DNA of 49,764 bases from the IMG/VR virus record IMGVR_UViG_643348545_000011. The stretch is one strand, 5' to 3'. The notes beneath the pieces are model-generated. The model worked only from the letters and a program-made list of their open reading frames with translations, was not told where the DNA came from and did not search any database. Source of the DNA: a virus (Duplodnaviria; Heunggongvirae; Uroviricota; Caudoviricetes). Below, in pieces: positions 19,045 through 29,401 of the stretch. Each line of letters starts with the position of its first letter. Within the stretch, counting starts at the first letter, position 1. The translations under genes and the position numbers were made by a program.

Positions 19045-19797
19045 TTACCCTGCAGCGCCCGCTTCAGTAACGGTGACTTCAGCTACCGTGGCAAACTGAC
19101 CATTACCGGAAATCACGGGGATACTCACTTTTCCGGCCTTAATCCCCGTCACAGTGATCACCATATCTTTCACAGCAATGGTTCCCGTTGACGGATCGGC
19201 GGAAACCGCTCTGAACGTCTTGTCGGTTGCACTTTCCGGCTCAAAAGAAACCGTCAGGGTGGTTGTTTTTCCTTTTTCCACGGTACCGGATGTCGGTGTC
19301 ACCTTAATTGCAGTGACCGGCGTAATTTTGCTGCGTTCTTCCGCCACGGAAGGTTTGCCCACGTTGGTCACTTTCACCGTGCGGGTGATCACTTCTTTCG
19401 CCGTCACGGCCTTACCGATACTGCTGACCCAGCCACGAAACACATCCACCGTGCCGTTCGGAAAACGGATTTTATAGGCCCGCACATCCCCGCTTTCAAA
19501 CCAGCCTATAAGCCCTTTCTGACCATCTTCTCCCGGTTTCCAGGCCAGCGTAAAACTGGTATCTCCTGCAGATTTCTGTCCCTGCCCGGTCGCGGTCCAG
19601 TCCGCGTCTTCATCATCCAGGTAGTTATCATCGTAGGGTTCAGCCGTCATCTCGCCCGGCGTCAGATCCTTCACCTTAGCCAGTCGCTGCCAGTCATCGT
19701 CTGACAACGGGTTTGCATAAGCATCAGCCTTGCCGTTGTAAACCCACAGAGTGGTACCGGCACCTTTTACCGGCTCCAGGGGATTTGGTGTTGCCAT
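19045..19797 (-). CDS. V: Major tail protein V with C-terminal Ig-like domain
   Basis: 250-aa ORF resembling lambda gpV ([11 protein letters not shown]..., [40 protein letters not shown]). Confidence 0.95.
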   Translation of the reverse strand: MATPNPLEPVKGAGTTLWVYNGKADAYANPLSDDDWQRLAKVKDLTPGEMTAEPYDDNYLDDEDADWTATGQGQKSAGDTSFTLAWKPGEDGQKGLIGWFESGDVRAYKIRFPNGTVDVFRGWVSSIGKAVTAKEVITRTVKVTNVGKPSVAEERSKITPVTAIKVTPTSGTVEKGKTTTLTVSFEPESATDKTFRAVSADPSTGTIAVKDMVITVTGIKAGKVSIPVISGNGQFATVAEVTVTEAGAAG

Positions 19798-19804
19798 ATC
19801 GTCC

Positions 19805-20200
19805 TCACATCTCGTATGTAATGGAATAAGTCAGATCCGCAGAGCTCCATAACGCCATATCGTCATCACGACGATACTCATAGCCCTGCGTAACCATCGT
19901 GGTAATCAGTCCTGCCAGTGCCGGGATCGCAGTCATCGCCGGGTAAATCCGGCTTTCCATCCACTGATCAAGCTCTGAATCCGGTACCTGTGCCGGTAAA
20001 AACACCTCAATATGCAGCGTGGCCCGCCAGGTATCTGCATCCAGCTCTTCACCGGTATACTCTGCATCCGTCAGATAAACCGCGATCGCAGGAAAATCCT
20101 CTTCGTCAAAAACAACGGGGCGACCATCAAACAGCGTCGCCCCGTGTTCATGCTGCTCGAGTGCATCCAGCACTGCGGCACGAATGTCAGTGTGTTTCAT
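19805..20200 (-). CDS. U: Tail terminator protein U
   Basis: 131-aa ORF resembling lambda gpU ([13 protein letters not shown]..., [25 protein letters not shown]). Confidence 0.95.
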   Translation of the reverse strand: MKHTDIRAAVLDALEQHEHGATLFDGRPVVFDEEDFPAIAVYLTDAEYTGEELDADTWRATLHIEVFLPAQVPDSELDQWMESRIYPAMTAIPALAGLITTMVTQGYEYRRDDDMALWSSADLTYSITYEM

Positions 20201-20772
20201 CGTTTTATCGCAATCCTCAGTTGTTGTTTCAGCGCGTATGCCAGTTCTTTAGGCAGGCGTTCACGCCGGATACGGTCAACATTCTCATCAAATGCCTGTT
20301 TCAGTGGGGCCGCCATCGGGATTTTCACCACCTGAATGGGAAGGCGATTACGCTTTTTCCTTCCCTTGTCGTCATTGCCCTCCTCATATCTGGCCTGGGG
20401 AAGACGTTGCATAACATGCCAGCGCCCATTATTTAATCGCTGGATAAATGCCCGCTGATAACGATGCTGACCGGCTTTGAGTATGCTGTCCGGACGACGC
20501 CCCAGCATTCTGATCCCCAGCTTAATCACAGGGAGATCACCGCGGTTAACGATAATTTTTGCATTCGGATTTCTGACCGTGGCCCGTTTCAGTCTGGACC
20601 GTTCCTTAACCAGTTTCCGGCGTACCTTTGTCTCCCGGGCAACCTGTGATGAAGACTGATTAATCGCCGTTGTGGCCACGCGGTTAATCGTCATTGCTGA
20701 AGCCGCCGGAATGGCGTTTTTACGAACCCGGCTCAGATTATCAATCGCCTGATCAAGCCCTTTTATCGCCAT
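20197..20772 (-). CDS. Z: Tail completion protein Z
   Basis: 191-aa ORF resembling lambda gpZ (MAIKGL.QA..NLSR..., C-terminal RIRRERLPKEL.YAL). Confidence 0.9.
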   Translation of the reverse strand: MAIKGLDQAIDNLSRVRKNAIPAASAMTINRVATTAINQSSSQVARETKVRRKLVKERSRLKRATVRNPNAKIIVNRGDLPVIKLGIRMLGRRPDSILKAGQHRYQRAFIQRLNNGRWHVMQRLPQARYEEGNDDKGRKKRNRLPIQVVKIPMAAPLKQAFDENVDRIRRERLPKELAYALKQQLRIAIKR

Positions 20773-20787
20773 AATTTCACCCTGCGT

Positions 20788-21141
20788 TTATCGTCGCCGG
20801 TTAACAGCGGGTGGTTGCCCACGGTTGAGCCAGAGATAACAGCTTCCCCCGTCATCCGGAGAAACACGATCCACCCAGAACATCTCGCCGTTAATGGTCA
20901 GCGTGTCACCACGCCGCACGGCACGCACCGTATCCGTCCGCACAAATAATGACGGGCTGCTTCCTTCAATACGGACCCCGCCACCGGCAAAACCCAGCGA
21001 CTCCGGATCGTCAAAAACCCCCTGAACTTCGCCGCCACGTTGTGCTCCGGAGGTGAACTGCGCACGGATCCCCATCACTTCAACGATCGTACTGTCCACC
21101 CCGGCGAGGGCAGCATCAAAGGCATTCTGAAAATCACGCAT
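20788..21141 (-). CDS. FII: Head-tail joining protein FII
   Basis: 117-aa ORF resembling lambda gpFII (GVFDDPE...EGSSPSLFVRTD.VR.LRRGDTL...FWVDRVSPDDGGSC.LWL.RG.PPAVNRRR). Confidence 0.9.
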   Translation of the reverse strand: MRDFQNAFDAALAGVDSTIVEVMGIRAQFTSGAQRGGEVQGVFDDPESLGFAGGGVRIEGSSPSLFVRTDTVRAVRRGDTLTINGEMFWVDRVSPDDGGSCYLWLNRGQPPAVNRRR

Positions 21142-21517
21142 ATTCAGCCGTTCCGTGCTGTATCATGGCCGTTGCCAGTGATGATGGCACCAGAACACGC
21201 ATACCCCGTAACGCCAGCTCAACGGGACGACCTGTCTCCGGGCAATACCCCATTACTTGCAGGCACTTCCGTACCCGGACGGCTTTAACATCATCCGGAG
21301 CATCCGTGTTGTTCAACTGCTCACCATCGTCTGTGTGATTTTGATCAGCCCCGCTCTCATCAGAGTGCATAATGCCCTCCGGGGAAACAGCAAGCTCCTC
21401 TTCCCACTCAGACACACGTTGAGCAATATCCGCAGCACTCCCCGACATATCCGCCTCGCGCCCCAGCAGGCCAGCCAGTTGACGAAGACGATTCAGATTT
21501 TCTTCTTTTGTTGCCAT
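21134..21517 (-). CDS. FI: DNA packaging / head assembly protein FI-like
   Basis: Acidic about 127-aa protein at the lambda FI position; likely start is the internal ATG at 21517 preceded by AGGAGG (the track ORF extends to 21565). Confidence 0.7.
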   Translation of the reverse strand: MATKEENLNRLRQLAGLLGREADMSGSAADIAQRVSEWEEELAVSPEGIMHSDESGADQNHTDDGEQLNNTDAPDDVKAVRVRKCLQVMGYCPETGRPVELALRGMRVLVPSSLATAMIQHGTAEYA

Positions 21518-21568
21518 CTCAGCCTCCTGTGAAAAAAGACACGGGGGCATTTCGCCCCCGCTCACGGA

Positions 21569-22597
21569 TTATTTCACCTGTACCACCACAAACTCATCCG
21601 GATCCGGCAGCACCATCAGCGGAGCGGACTGCGTCATGGTGAATTCACGGGCCGGATCGCCCACAGTCAGCCAGTGTTTCGGATAACGGGAAGAGGCCAC
21701 CACACCTTCGGACAACGCCTGCGCATCCTGAATGGCACCATAGCAACGAATGCCCTCTGCTGCCGTATTCCCCAGGACCAGCGTGCCCTCCGGCAGATAA
21801 CGTTTTTCGGTACCGTCCTCTGCCACATAAGACGTTTTCGCCACCACAATGGCCAGATCGCCGTAATACCCCTTGAAGGACACCACCGCCCCCAGGTCTT
21901 TCACTGCCGTTTCGAGTTGTGAATTTGAGCCGCGACGGGTATCCAGTTTTTCGCGGAACAGCTTAAAGCCATTCAGCAGACGCCAGACCGTACCGTCCAT
22001 AATGGCGATATTCACAAGGCCGCTGGCCTGATCGCAGTAGAGGTCAATATCATGCGTCGGATCAAACGTATCACGGTCCTGCTCAGACCATTTTTTACCG
22101 TCAGCCTGCTCAATGTTATTTCCTTCAGAGCGCCCGAAATCCACCTCGACAGTATCAAACTGATCCCCTTCCATGGTGTATTTGCCATACAGCACGGCAT
22201 TCACCGCCTGCATTTCTTCCACCTGGACAATGGCGTGCTCTTCCTGTTTGAGGTTATCAGTAATGATACGCAGACGACGGTAGGCCGGGTCGTTCAGCTG
22301 AGCCGGATCTTCACCGGGAAGGCGCTCAACCGCCTGCTGGTAATTAAATTCGTGTTTCGGCTTGACGTAGCCCGGACGCAACACGCGGGTTTCACCACCA
22401 CGATGACGAAGCACTTTACCTTCAACGACCGGGGAGACATAGGCCGCCACCGGCGTTTTTCCGGTAATTTTGTCCAGCATCACCTCTTCGGTGTGGAAAT
22501 TCACCGTACGGCGGAAAAACAGTTCCAGAAACAGCGCACGAAATTTCACTTTTTGTTCGGTATAACCGAGCAACTGGCGGGTCGTAAACAATCCCAT
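21569..22597 (-). CDS. E: Major capsid protein E
   Basis: 342-aa ORF resembling lambda gpE (KFLDTRRGSNS.LETAVKDLG, TGDPAREFTM.QSAPLM.L.DPDEFV.VQ). Confidence 0.95.
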   Translation of the reverse strand: MGLFTTRQLLGYTEQKVKFRALFLELFFRRTVNFHTEEVMLDKITGKTPVAAYVSPVVEGKVLRHRGGETRVLRPGYVKPKHEFNYQQAVERLPGEDPAQLNDPAYRRLRIITDNLKQEEHAIVQVEEMQAVNAVLYGKYTMEGDQFDTVEVDFGRSEGNNIEQADGKKWSEQDRDTFDPTHDIDLYCDQASGLVNIAIMDGTVWRLLNGFKLFREKLDTRRGSNSQLETAVKDLGAVVSFKGYYGDLAIVVAKTSYVAEDGTEKRYLPEGTLVLGNTAAEGIRCYGAIQDAQALSEGVVASSRYPKHWLTVGDPAREFTMTQSAPLMVLPDPDEFVVVQVK

Positions 22598-22654
22598 AAA
22601 TCAGTTCCTTTCATTCAGAAATCAGTCAGGCCACCGCGGTGGCCTGATAACGTG

Positions 22655-23002
22655 TTACGGCAGCGCCGCGTGACTCAGGGCAGTGCCAGCAAAGGCATTT
22701 GCCTTTTTGTGTTCATCCACACTTTCAGGCCAGCGGATTGCCTCCGTCGCAAAGGTCCCCGACTTGTAATACGTCAGCACCGTCTCTGTGCCTTCAAGCG
22801 GCAGTACCAGTATGCCAGCCGCACTACCGGCTTTCTGTCCGTCCCAGACCACCAGTTTCCCGCTGGCTTCATCCAGCATCAGGGGCGTCAGTGCCTGTGT
22901 TGCCTGAGAAATCCCGCTGCTACCTGTGGCGGTATGAGCCGGATCATTACCGGCAAAAATACGTACTTCTGCACGTTGTTCAGTGATGGTTTTCGTTACC
23001 AT
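22655..23002 (-). CDS. D: Head decoration protein D
   Basis: 115-aa ORF resembling lambda gpD (DPAHTAT...TPLMLD...KLV.WDG...YKSGTF). Confidence 0.9.
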   Translation of the reverse strand: MVTKTITEQRAEVRIFAGNDPAHTATGSSGISQATQALTPLMLDEASGKLVVWDGQKAGSAAGILVLPLEGTETVLTYYKSGTFATEAIRWPESVDEHKKANAFAGTALSHAALP

Positions 23003-23038
23003 ATTGTAAAAACCTCATATTGATGGTCAGCACTGACT

Positions 23039-24544
23039 TCATGGCATGGCCATGAGCATTTTCACGTCCGCATCACCGTCTGCCGACGTCTGTGACACGC
23101 CACCCCGCACCGCTGCCGGTGAATGATTCGCCATGAAATGTTCAAACAGGGCGGTTGTGGATGCAGAGACCGGTTCTGCTTTATCCGGCGATGAGGACAG
23201 AATGTCGCGGGCAGCCTCCACCGTCATTCCGGGAAACGCCGCCAGTTTTTCAGCCTGCGCCTCAGCCCCTTTTGCCTCATCCAGAGCCATAATCTGATCA
23301 CGGAGTGAGGGTCCGGCATCCGCCTGCGGTGAAGCCGCCAGGATCGGGCGGGCTTTTTCCACCGTCATCTCCGGCATCGCCGCCAGCGTTGCCGCCAGTT
23401 GTTCACGACCTTTAGCCTCTTCACACGCCATAATGCGATCGGCTTCACTCTGCGTGGATGCCACCGGCTGCTGTGGTGCTGCCGCGGTCAGAATCGCCCG
23501 GGCCTGTTCAACGCTCATGCCCTGTTGTCCTGCCAGCATCGTGGCAAGGTGTTCACGTCCTTTCGCTTCCTGACACGCCAGGATCCCCATCACTCGCTGG
23601 TTCTCCTGCGCGGCAGCTTCCGTTGCAGTTAATTGCGGCATAGTGCCTCCTGTATCATGTGTGTTCAGCGCCGCAGCCATCACGCTGATGGCATCCGACG
23701 CATTGATTAATTCATCCGCCAGCCCGGCCTCAATGCCGGACTGACCTTCAAAAACGGCGGCCTCTGTTCCCGTGACTGCATCAACAGACAGACCGGTATA
23801 CATCGCCACTTTTTCGGCAAACATCCGGCGCGCCGCATCAATCCGTTGCTGCATGTCCTGGCGAACCTCTTCCGGCAACGCTTCAAACTGATTGCCATCC
23901 ACCTTGTGCGCCCCTGAGTAAATCAGCGTGATATCCACACCGGCCTGCGCCAGATGACCGGCATAGCTGACATGGCTCATCATCACGCCAATGGAGCCGA
24001 TACGGGATGTCTGGGTAACCAGCCGTCGGGAGCAGGCCGACGCCAGCAGCATGGCTGCAGAACAGGCCGTGTCATTGCACAGTGCCCAGACCGGCTTCTG
24101 CTGACGGAGGCGGTAAATCATGTCAGCACAGTCAAACGCACCGGCGGCCTGCCCGCCCGGACTGTCAATGTCCAGCAGTACACCCCGCACCTGGCTATCC
24201 GCCATTGCCTGCTGAAGACAGGCGACAATGCCGTCATAGCCTGTCATTCCGGAAAATGGCCGCATACCCCCCAGCCGGTGCACCAGCGTGCCTGTCACCG
24301 GCAGTACAGCAATACCGTTCACCACCCGGTAAACACGGGCCGGTCGTTTACCTCCGGCCATGTACTCGTCCGTTTCAGCCAGCATTCCGGGTGCATCAAG
24401 CTGTACCTGCTGTTGTGGTACCGAAAGACTTGCTGCCCCCATCTCGCGCCCGAGCGCGCAAAAGAAAACCCGCGCATAGGCGGGCTCCAGAAGCAGCGGT
24501 TCATTGAATGCTGCGGCAATAATGTGTGAAAGATTACGTCTCAC
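23039..24544 (-). CDS. C: Capsid maturation protease C (S49/ClpP-like) with in-frame C-terminal scaffold (Nu3-like) region
   Basis: 501-aa ORF; N-terminal half is a ClpP/SppA-like serine protease; C-terminal half has three about 38-aa tandem repeats (I[LM]A..EAKG.E.LA..LA..P.M.VE.AR.IL); lambda C/Nu3 position. Confidence 0.9.
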   Translation of the reverse strand: MRRNLSHIIAAAFNEPLLLEPAYARVFFCALGREMGAASLSVPQQQVQLDAPGMLAETDEYMAGGKRPARVYRVVNGIAVLPVTGTLVHRLGGMRPFSGMTGYDGIVACLQQAMADSQVRGVLLDIDSPGGQAAGAFDCADMIYRLRQQKPVWALCNDTACSAAMLLASACSRRLVTQTSRIGSIGVMMSHVSYAGHLAQAGVDITLIYSGAHKVDGNQFEALPEEVRQDMQQRIDAARRMFAEKVAMYTGLSVDAVTGTEAAVFEGQSGIEAGLADELINASDAISVMAAALNTHDTGGTMPQLTATEAAAQENQRVMGILACQEAKGREHLATMLAGQQGMSVEQARAILTAAAPQQPVASTQSEADRIMACEEAKGREQLAATLAAMPEMTVEKARPILAASPQADAGPSLRDQIMALDEAKGAEAQAEKLAAFPGMTVEAARDILSSSPDKAEPVSASTTALFEHFMANHSPAAVRGGVSQTSADGDADVKMLMAMP

Positions 24545-26126
24545 GTGGTGTTGTCTCCTCTTCCGGCCTGCGACTCTCCGCTATCTGCTGCTGATACGCC
24601 TGCGCTATCCACACCGGACGTGAGAGTCCGGCTTTTTGCCGCTCAGCAGATTCCCTGACCTGCTGGCGGAAAATGTCCTGATAATCCTCGCCCATCAGCG
24701 CCAGCTCTTTCTCATACGTGCTCAGTCCGGCCTCAATGCGCATCACTGATTCCTGGACTTCCTTGAGCCCGTCAATGGCCATTCTTCCGGCACCAATCCA
24801 CTCTGCCCGTGACCAGGCTGATCGCGCCTGATAAAAATCAAAACGTGCCCGTGGCGGACGAATAATCCCCCGAAGAAGTGCCTCTTCCAGCCAGCAGGAA
24901 AACATCTGCGTGGCCAGCCGGGCCGCAATAAATTTTCGCCGCCCCATAAAATAGCGCCACGACTCATTGGCGGAGGCGCGGGCACTTGAGTAACTGACCT
25001 TCGAGTAATCACGGGACAACTGTTCGTAGGAAACGCCAAGACCGGCGGCGATATACCGCAGCAGCGCCTGTTCAAGCGCAGAAAATCCATTGTCTGAATC
25101 CTGCGCAGTCTGTAGTTTCAGATCATCACCAGGGAAAAGGTGCGGAATTTTGACACCGCCCAGTGTCACGTTATTCGTGTCATACCAGCTGGAAAACTTC
25201 TCCAGAATATTAATAAGCGGATTATCCTTCTGCTCCTGTGGCGCGCCGGCGATATATTCAAAGGCCTTTTCGGTATCAAGTTCACTTTCAATCGTCGCTG
25301 CATACATGGCTTTAACAATGGCCGACTGAAGCTGTGTTGCCTGCAGGGAATCGAGCATCTTCAGCCGTTCCATGACGCTGTAAAACTGGTTGGCCCCACG
25401 GGTCTGCCCGTCCTCCACCGGCTCGAAAATATGCAGCATGGCCGGACGCCCGGTGGGAAGTTCACGCGGGATCCGTTCCCATCGTCCACTCCCGGAGCGA
25501 GGAAAATCATCCTCACAGATATGGTACGCAACGGCACGGCCATATCGATCAACCTCCACCCCGGCCCGCAGAAAACGGTTCCCGATACCGTGTCCTGGCG
25601 TGTCCACCCGTTTCGGACTCACGGCTTTAAAACGCGTACGAAACAGTTGCGTGCTCTCCGTATCCCAGACCGGCTGCACAAAGATTTCGCCGTTAAACGC
25701 ATGAACGCCCACACCTTCACGGATAAATTCCGTAAACGTGCGTTTCCCTTCCACGTCGATCTCACCAAACATCCCTTCTGCGTATTCTGACCAGGCCGCC
25801 TCCACCTCATCGACAAAACTTTTTGCCGCGGTCTCCCGCATCCCCAGCCAGCGCCAGTTCGGACGGTAGCTAATCAGAAACATATGCCCGACAATGTGAT
25901 CCTTATGCAGGGCCACCGCATTGGCCGCTATTCCGTTATTGCGCACCAGATCATCTGCACGGGCATTCCCCAGACGCAACGCGGGCAGCAGGGCCGCATC
26001 GGCACTCTGCGAGGGTGGCAACCACTCTGCCATTTGCCCGCCAAATCCTGCACCGCCCCCGTTGTAGCTGAGACTCTCCCGAAGCGGAACGCCGTTCACA
26101 TCAATCAGGACAGGCTTTCGTTTCAT
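24534..26126 (-). CDS. B: Portal protein B
   Basis: 530-aa ORF at the lambda B position between W and C; sequence consistent with a lambda-type portal. Confidence 0.9.
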   Translation of the reverse strand: MKRKPVLIDVNGVPLRESLSYNGGGAGFGGQMAEWLPPSQSADAALLPALRLGNARADDLVRNNGIAANAVALHKDHIVGHMFLISYRPNWRWLGMRETAAKSFVDEVEAAWSEYAEGMFGEIDVEGKRTFTEFIREGVGVHAFNGEIFVQPVWDTESTQLFRTRFKAVSPKRVDTPGHGIGNRFLRAGVEVDRYGRAVAYHICEDDFPRSGSGRWERIPRELPTGRPAMLHIFEPVEDGQTRGANQFYSVMERLKMLDSLQATQLQSAIVKAMYAATIESELDTEKAFEYIAGAPQEQKDNPLINILEKFSSWYDTNNVTLGGVKIPHLFPGDDLKLQTAQDSDNGFSALEQALLRYIAAGLGVSYEQLSRDYSKVSYSSARASANESWRYFMGRRKFIAARLATQMFSCWLEEALLRGIIRPPRARFDFYQARSAWSRAEWIGAGRMAIDGLKEVQESVMRIEAGLSTYEKELALMGEDYQDIFRQQVRESAERQKAGLSRPVWIAQAYQQQIAESRRPEEETTPRET

Positions 26127-26329
26127 AACCTCACTCCCAGCGGACGACGGCGACGGCGGGTTGTCCCCAGTACCAACTCAGCATCATTGATCGCCCGGTT
26201 AAGCTCATCCAGAGAGGCCGCCGTATATTCAATTCTGCGACCATCTTTCTGGACAGACACCACCCGTTTACCGGTTAATAAATCAAGGCGCGCCTGACGC
26301 AGCGCCTGCAGTTTAGCGACTGTAACCAT
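26123..26329 (-). CDS. W: Head-tail joining protein W
   Basis: 68-aa ORF resembling lambda gpW (L.TGKRV..VQKDGRR.E.TA.S...L...I...E...G...RRR). Confidence 0.85.
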   Translation of the reverse strand: MVTVAKLQALRQARLDLLTGKRVVSVQKDGRRIEYTAASLDELNRAINDAELVLGTTRRRRRPLGVRL

Positions 26330-28241
26330 TCACTCCTCCGGACAGCTTCGCTGCCAGTTCTTTAAGGGTTGGCCGGGTCGTCTCTTCTTCCCGGGATTTT
26401 GCCAGTACAGCCAGATCAAGTTGCCAGCGTTGCACGGACACACGTAATGCCGCGTAGGCATACACCAGGCAGTCCAGCGCTTCGTTACGCCGCTTTTTGT
26501 TATCCCACAGCAGACGCATCTTTCCTTTTTCCCACTTCTCCACAAGCTCTTCCGCCACCAGTTGCTGCGCCTCTGTCTGCGAAAAAATCTCCGGATCATC
26601 AGGAAAACGGATGGCATACGACGTGGCTTCATCCGCAGGCGTGGGATCGGCTTTCATACGGGCATAGAGAATTTCTTTTGCGGTGTCCGTCCCCACTTCG
26701 CACAGATACACGCCCCGCTGATTGCGGGTTTTTGGCATGGTGATCACCGGCTTGCCATAAACAGATGCACCTTTTACCGGCAGCACCCGGAAAACACCGT
26801 GTTTTTTTGACCTCTGATAGACAATTTCGCCATCGATCCCCCCGGTGTCCCAGCAGACACGGGAAATGGTCATTTCGGTTCCGTCTGCATGGCGGTATTT
26901 TTTGTTGATCGCCACATCCACACGTAACAGCGTCTCTTCCTCATCGGGACGCCCCATAATGATGATTTTATCCACCAGAAAGGCTTCCTCTCCCGGAGCC
27001 CATCCCCAGACATACATCTCAAAACGGTTTCGCTGCGAGTCAATGCCCGCCGTCAGATAAACCACCCGGGAAGGCACCGCAGCCGTGTAACGCACAACCT
27101 TATCCATCAGCACCTGGTGATCGAGTTTTTCGCCCACGGCCTCTTCCCAGGTCTCGCCCAGCGTGGTGTTCACAAAGGTTTTCAGGCCGTTGGGATCTTT
27201 CAGTGCATCCAGCCAGTCATAGACAATCTGTACCCAGGTGGTGAACGGACTGTACGCCGTCCAGATATGGAATGTGATGGAGCGCGGCGGCGGAATTTCA
27301 TTATCCGCGGCGCTGAAAAACGTCAGACCGTCGCGGGTCCACATCCCCGTGTTTTCACAGATCCACCGCCCGTTGCTCTGGTCCAGTTCAGACTGATGGA
27401 TCACGCAGCCATGATGTTCACAGAGGTAGAAAACACTTTCGGGACTGTCCTTCTCCCATTTAAGGCCAAAAGGCGTGGACTCATCGCCAAATTTCAGATA
27501 CTGCTCCTCCCCACAGTGCGGGCAGGGCACATAAAAACGCATGAAATGTGCCGACTCGTTGGCCGCTTTTTCGATCTGGCAGGAGCCTTTTATTTTTGGC
27601 GTCGAGCCGCGAATGGATTTTGGCCATACCGAGCCCTCAATACGCTTATCCCCCAGCAGGGTTGGCGAGCCCTCTTTTTCGACATCCGGCTCGAATGAGG
27701 AAAGTTCGTCATAGCAGACCACGTCCACGGATTTTTCACGGTAGTTTTTGGCGGCAGCGCCGCCCAGGCACCAGAAGCCCACACCCGATGAAAAGCGTTT
27801 CAGCGTGATGGTATTATCACGATGTTTACGTCCCAGCCAGGGAGAAAGTTTTTTCAGGCAGGGAACATCGCGAATCGTCGCCTCCACGTGAGACTTCATA
27901 AAATCTTCAGCGGCAGAATCCGTGGGCTGAAAAAGCAGACTGTTTCGGGATTTATGCTCAATAAAATACCCGGCGACTCCCAGCAACATCTTTGTATAGC
28001 CAACACGGGCAGATTTAATCAGATTAACAGTCCGGATCTGATCATTCCCCATGCTGTTCATGATGGCGATCTGGAACGGCAGCGTTTTCCATTCTCCCTC
28101 ACCATATGAAGATTCTTTAGGCAGATAATAATTTTGATCAGCCCATTCAACTGGCGTCACCGGCAATGCCCTTATCAGGGGCTGTAATGCTGTTGTGACA
28201 GCACTCATCATATTATTCAGTTGTTGCTCTGATATATTCAT
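26313..28241 (-). CDS. A: Terminase large subunit A
   Basis: Near-colinear with lambda gpA from the internal start MNISEQQLNNMM (the track ORF is over-extended to 28298); motifs VEWAD.NYYLPKES, KNYREKSVDV.GYDEL, FMRF.V.CPHCGEEQYLKFGD, WDTGGID. Confidence 0.95.
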   Translation of the reverse strand: MNISEQQLNNMMSAVTTALQPLIRALPVTPVEWADQNYYLPKESSYGEGEWKTLPFQIAIMNSMGNDQIRTVNLIKSARVGYTKMLLGVAGYFIEHKSRNSLLFQPTDSAAEDFMKSHVEATIRDVPCLKKLSPWLGRKHRDNTITLKRFSSGVGFWCLGGAAAKNYREKSVDVVCYDELSSFEPDVEKEGSPTLLGDKRIEGSVWPKSIRGSTPKIKGSCQIEKAANESAHFMRFYVPCPHCGEEQYLKFGDESTPFGLKWEKDSPESVFYLCEHHGCVIHQSELDQSNGRWICENTGMWTRDGLTFFSAADNEIPPPRSITFHIWTAYSPFTTWVQIVYDWLDALKDPNGLKTFVNTTLGETWEEAVGEKLDHQVLMDKVVRYTAAVPSRVVYLTAGIDSQRNRFEMYVWGWAPGEEAFLVDKIIIMGRPDEEETLLRVDVAINKKYRHADGTEMTISRVCWDTGGIDGEIVYQRSKKHGVFRVLPVKGASVYGKPVITMPKTRNQRGVYLCEVGTDTAKEILYARMKADPTPADEATSYAIRFPDDPEIFSQTEAQQLVAEELVEKWEKGKMRLLWDNKKRRNEALDCLVYAYAALRVSVQRWQLDLAVLAKSREEETTRPTLKELAAKLSGGVNGYSR

Positions 28242-28722
28242 CGAGTAAATCCGGTAATTTATCCCCCGCCCGCGCACACTGATTTGCCCCCTTCGCAATA
28301 AGGGTTTTCAGATGGTCAAGATGGCGCGGTGTTAAATCAGGAAACTGTCGCTGCATGGATAAAGGGATGGAATCAAGCGTACTGGATAACGCCATTGCCA
28401 GCTTGCTGAGGGCAAAAATACAGAACCCGGTGTCAATAAGTTTTCCTTTTGACACCTCATTTTTTAACTGCTGTGTAACAGCCTGTTCTGCTGTCAGTTC
28501 CCATCTGGCAATAAGCAATTTCTCCTCATAGTCGTCTTCGCTATCGCCATCAGGCACATCGTTTTTACTTCTTCTCAGATACGATATGTAAAAATCGCGC
28601 CAGGCATCCAGATCCAGTTGCCCTCGCTTATTCGATATCGGGGCACCCGGCAATTTCTGCAATCTGCGAAGCTGGCGATCGGTCAGACTTAAATGCCTGG
28701 CAACTTCAGTCTGCGTAGCCAC
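28213..28722 (-). CDS. Nu1: Terminase small subunit Nu1
   Basis: 169-aa ORF immediately downstream of cos; N-terminal HTH-like region; C-terminal half resembles lambda Nu1 (...TGFC.F.LS..A..L.S.LD..PLS.QR.FP.L..RH.D.LK). Confidence 0.85.
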   Translation of the reverse strand: MATQTEVARHLSLTDRQLRRLQKLPGAPISNKRGQLDLDAWRDFYISYLRRSKNDVPDGDSEDDYEEKLLIARWELTAEQAVTQQLKNEVSKGKLIDTGFCIFALSKLAMALSSTLDSIPLSMQRQFPDLTPRHLDHLKTLIAKGANQCARAGDKLPDLLDEYIRATTE

Positions 28723-28729
28723 TCCTCAC

Positions 28730-28920
28730 CTCGCAAAAACTCTCACCTCACAATCACAACAAAACCGGTCATGTCCGGTTTTAGTGTCTATTTTTTGCGC
28801 ATGTCCGGTTCATGGAAAGCATGTTTTTATATTTTTCATATAGTTAACTTGAAGATAAACCGGACATGGATCCCGGAAAATTTTCATAAATAGCGAAAAC
28901 CCGCGAGGTCGCCGCCCCGT
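28730..28920 (-). other. cos site: cosN (GGGCGGCGACCT at about 28906-28917, - strand) plus cosB-like region with repeated CCGGACATG motifs
   Basis: - strand reads GGGGCGGCGACCTCGCGGGTTTTCGCTATTTATGAAAATTTTCCGG, matching the lambda left cohesive end; three copies of (A)ACCGGACATG between cosN and Nu1. Confidence 0.85.
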
Positions 28921-29176
28921 AACGGCCCGGATCGCCGGAAAGGACCCGAGAAAATGATAATGATTGTCAGTTGCAACAAAATCCAGTTTCTTCCACCATC
29001 GCACCGGACCAGCGACCATGAGGGGACAACGCCGCGCTCCGTTAACGCGGTAAACCCCGGTGTGTATCGTTTTTGATTATCCCCGCACACTCTCGCAGAG
29101 GAGTCTCCCTGTCGGGCTGCGGTCTCTGTTAATGCAGGAATACGGCGACGATACGGCGCATGGTTAATAAGGTCGC

Positions 29177-29401
29177 TCAACACACTGGCTGTAATGCAGC
29201 GGATACCATGCGGCATTTAGCGGCATTCATCGTACACTCAACGGTTAGCTCTTCATTCGTGGCATTCACCTGAAAGGTCCGGGAGTGTAATTGCGTACAT
29301 TTACCACTGAACGAACCTTCAACAAGAACACGACCACGCTGCAAAATACGGAACGGAATTGTTCCCTGAAAAGGTTCTACGGTTACCCGTAATTTCTTCA
29401 T
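29177..29401 (-). CDS. Hypothetical small protein downstream of Rz
   Basis: 74-aa ORF whose start overlaps the Rz stop; no recognised motif. Confidence 0.35.
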   Translation of the reverse strand: MKKLRVTVEPFQGTIPFRILQRGRVLVEGSFSGKCTQLHSRTFQVNATNEELTVECTMNAAKCRMVSAALQPVC

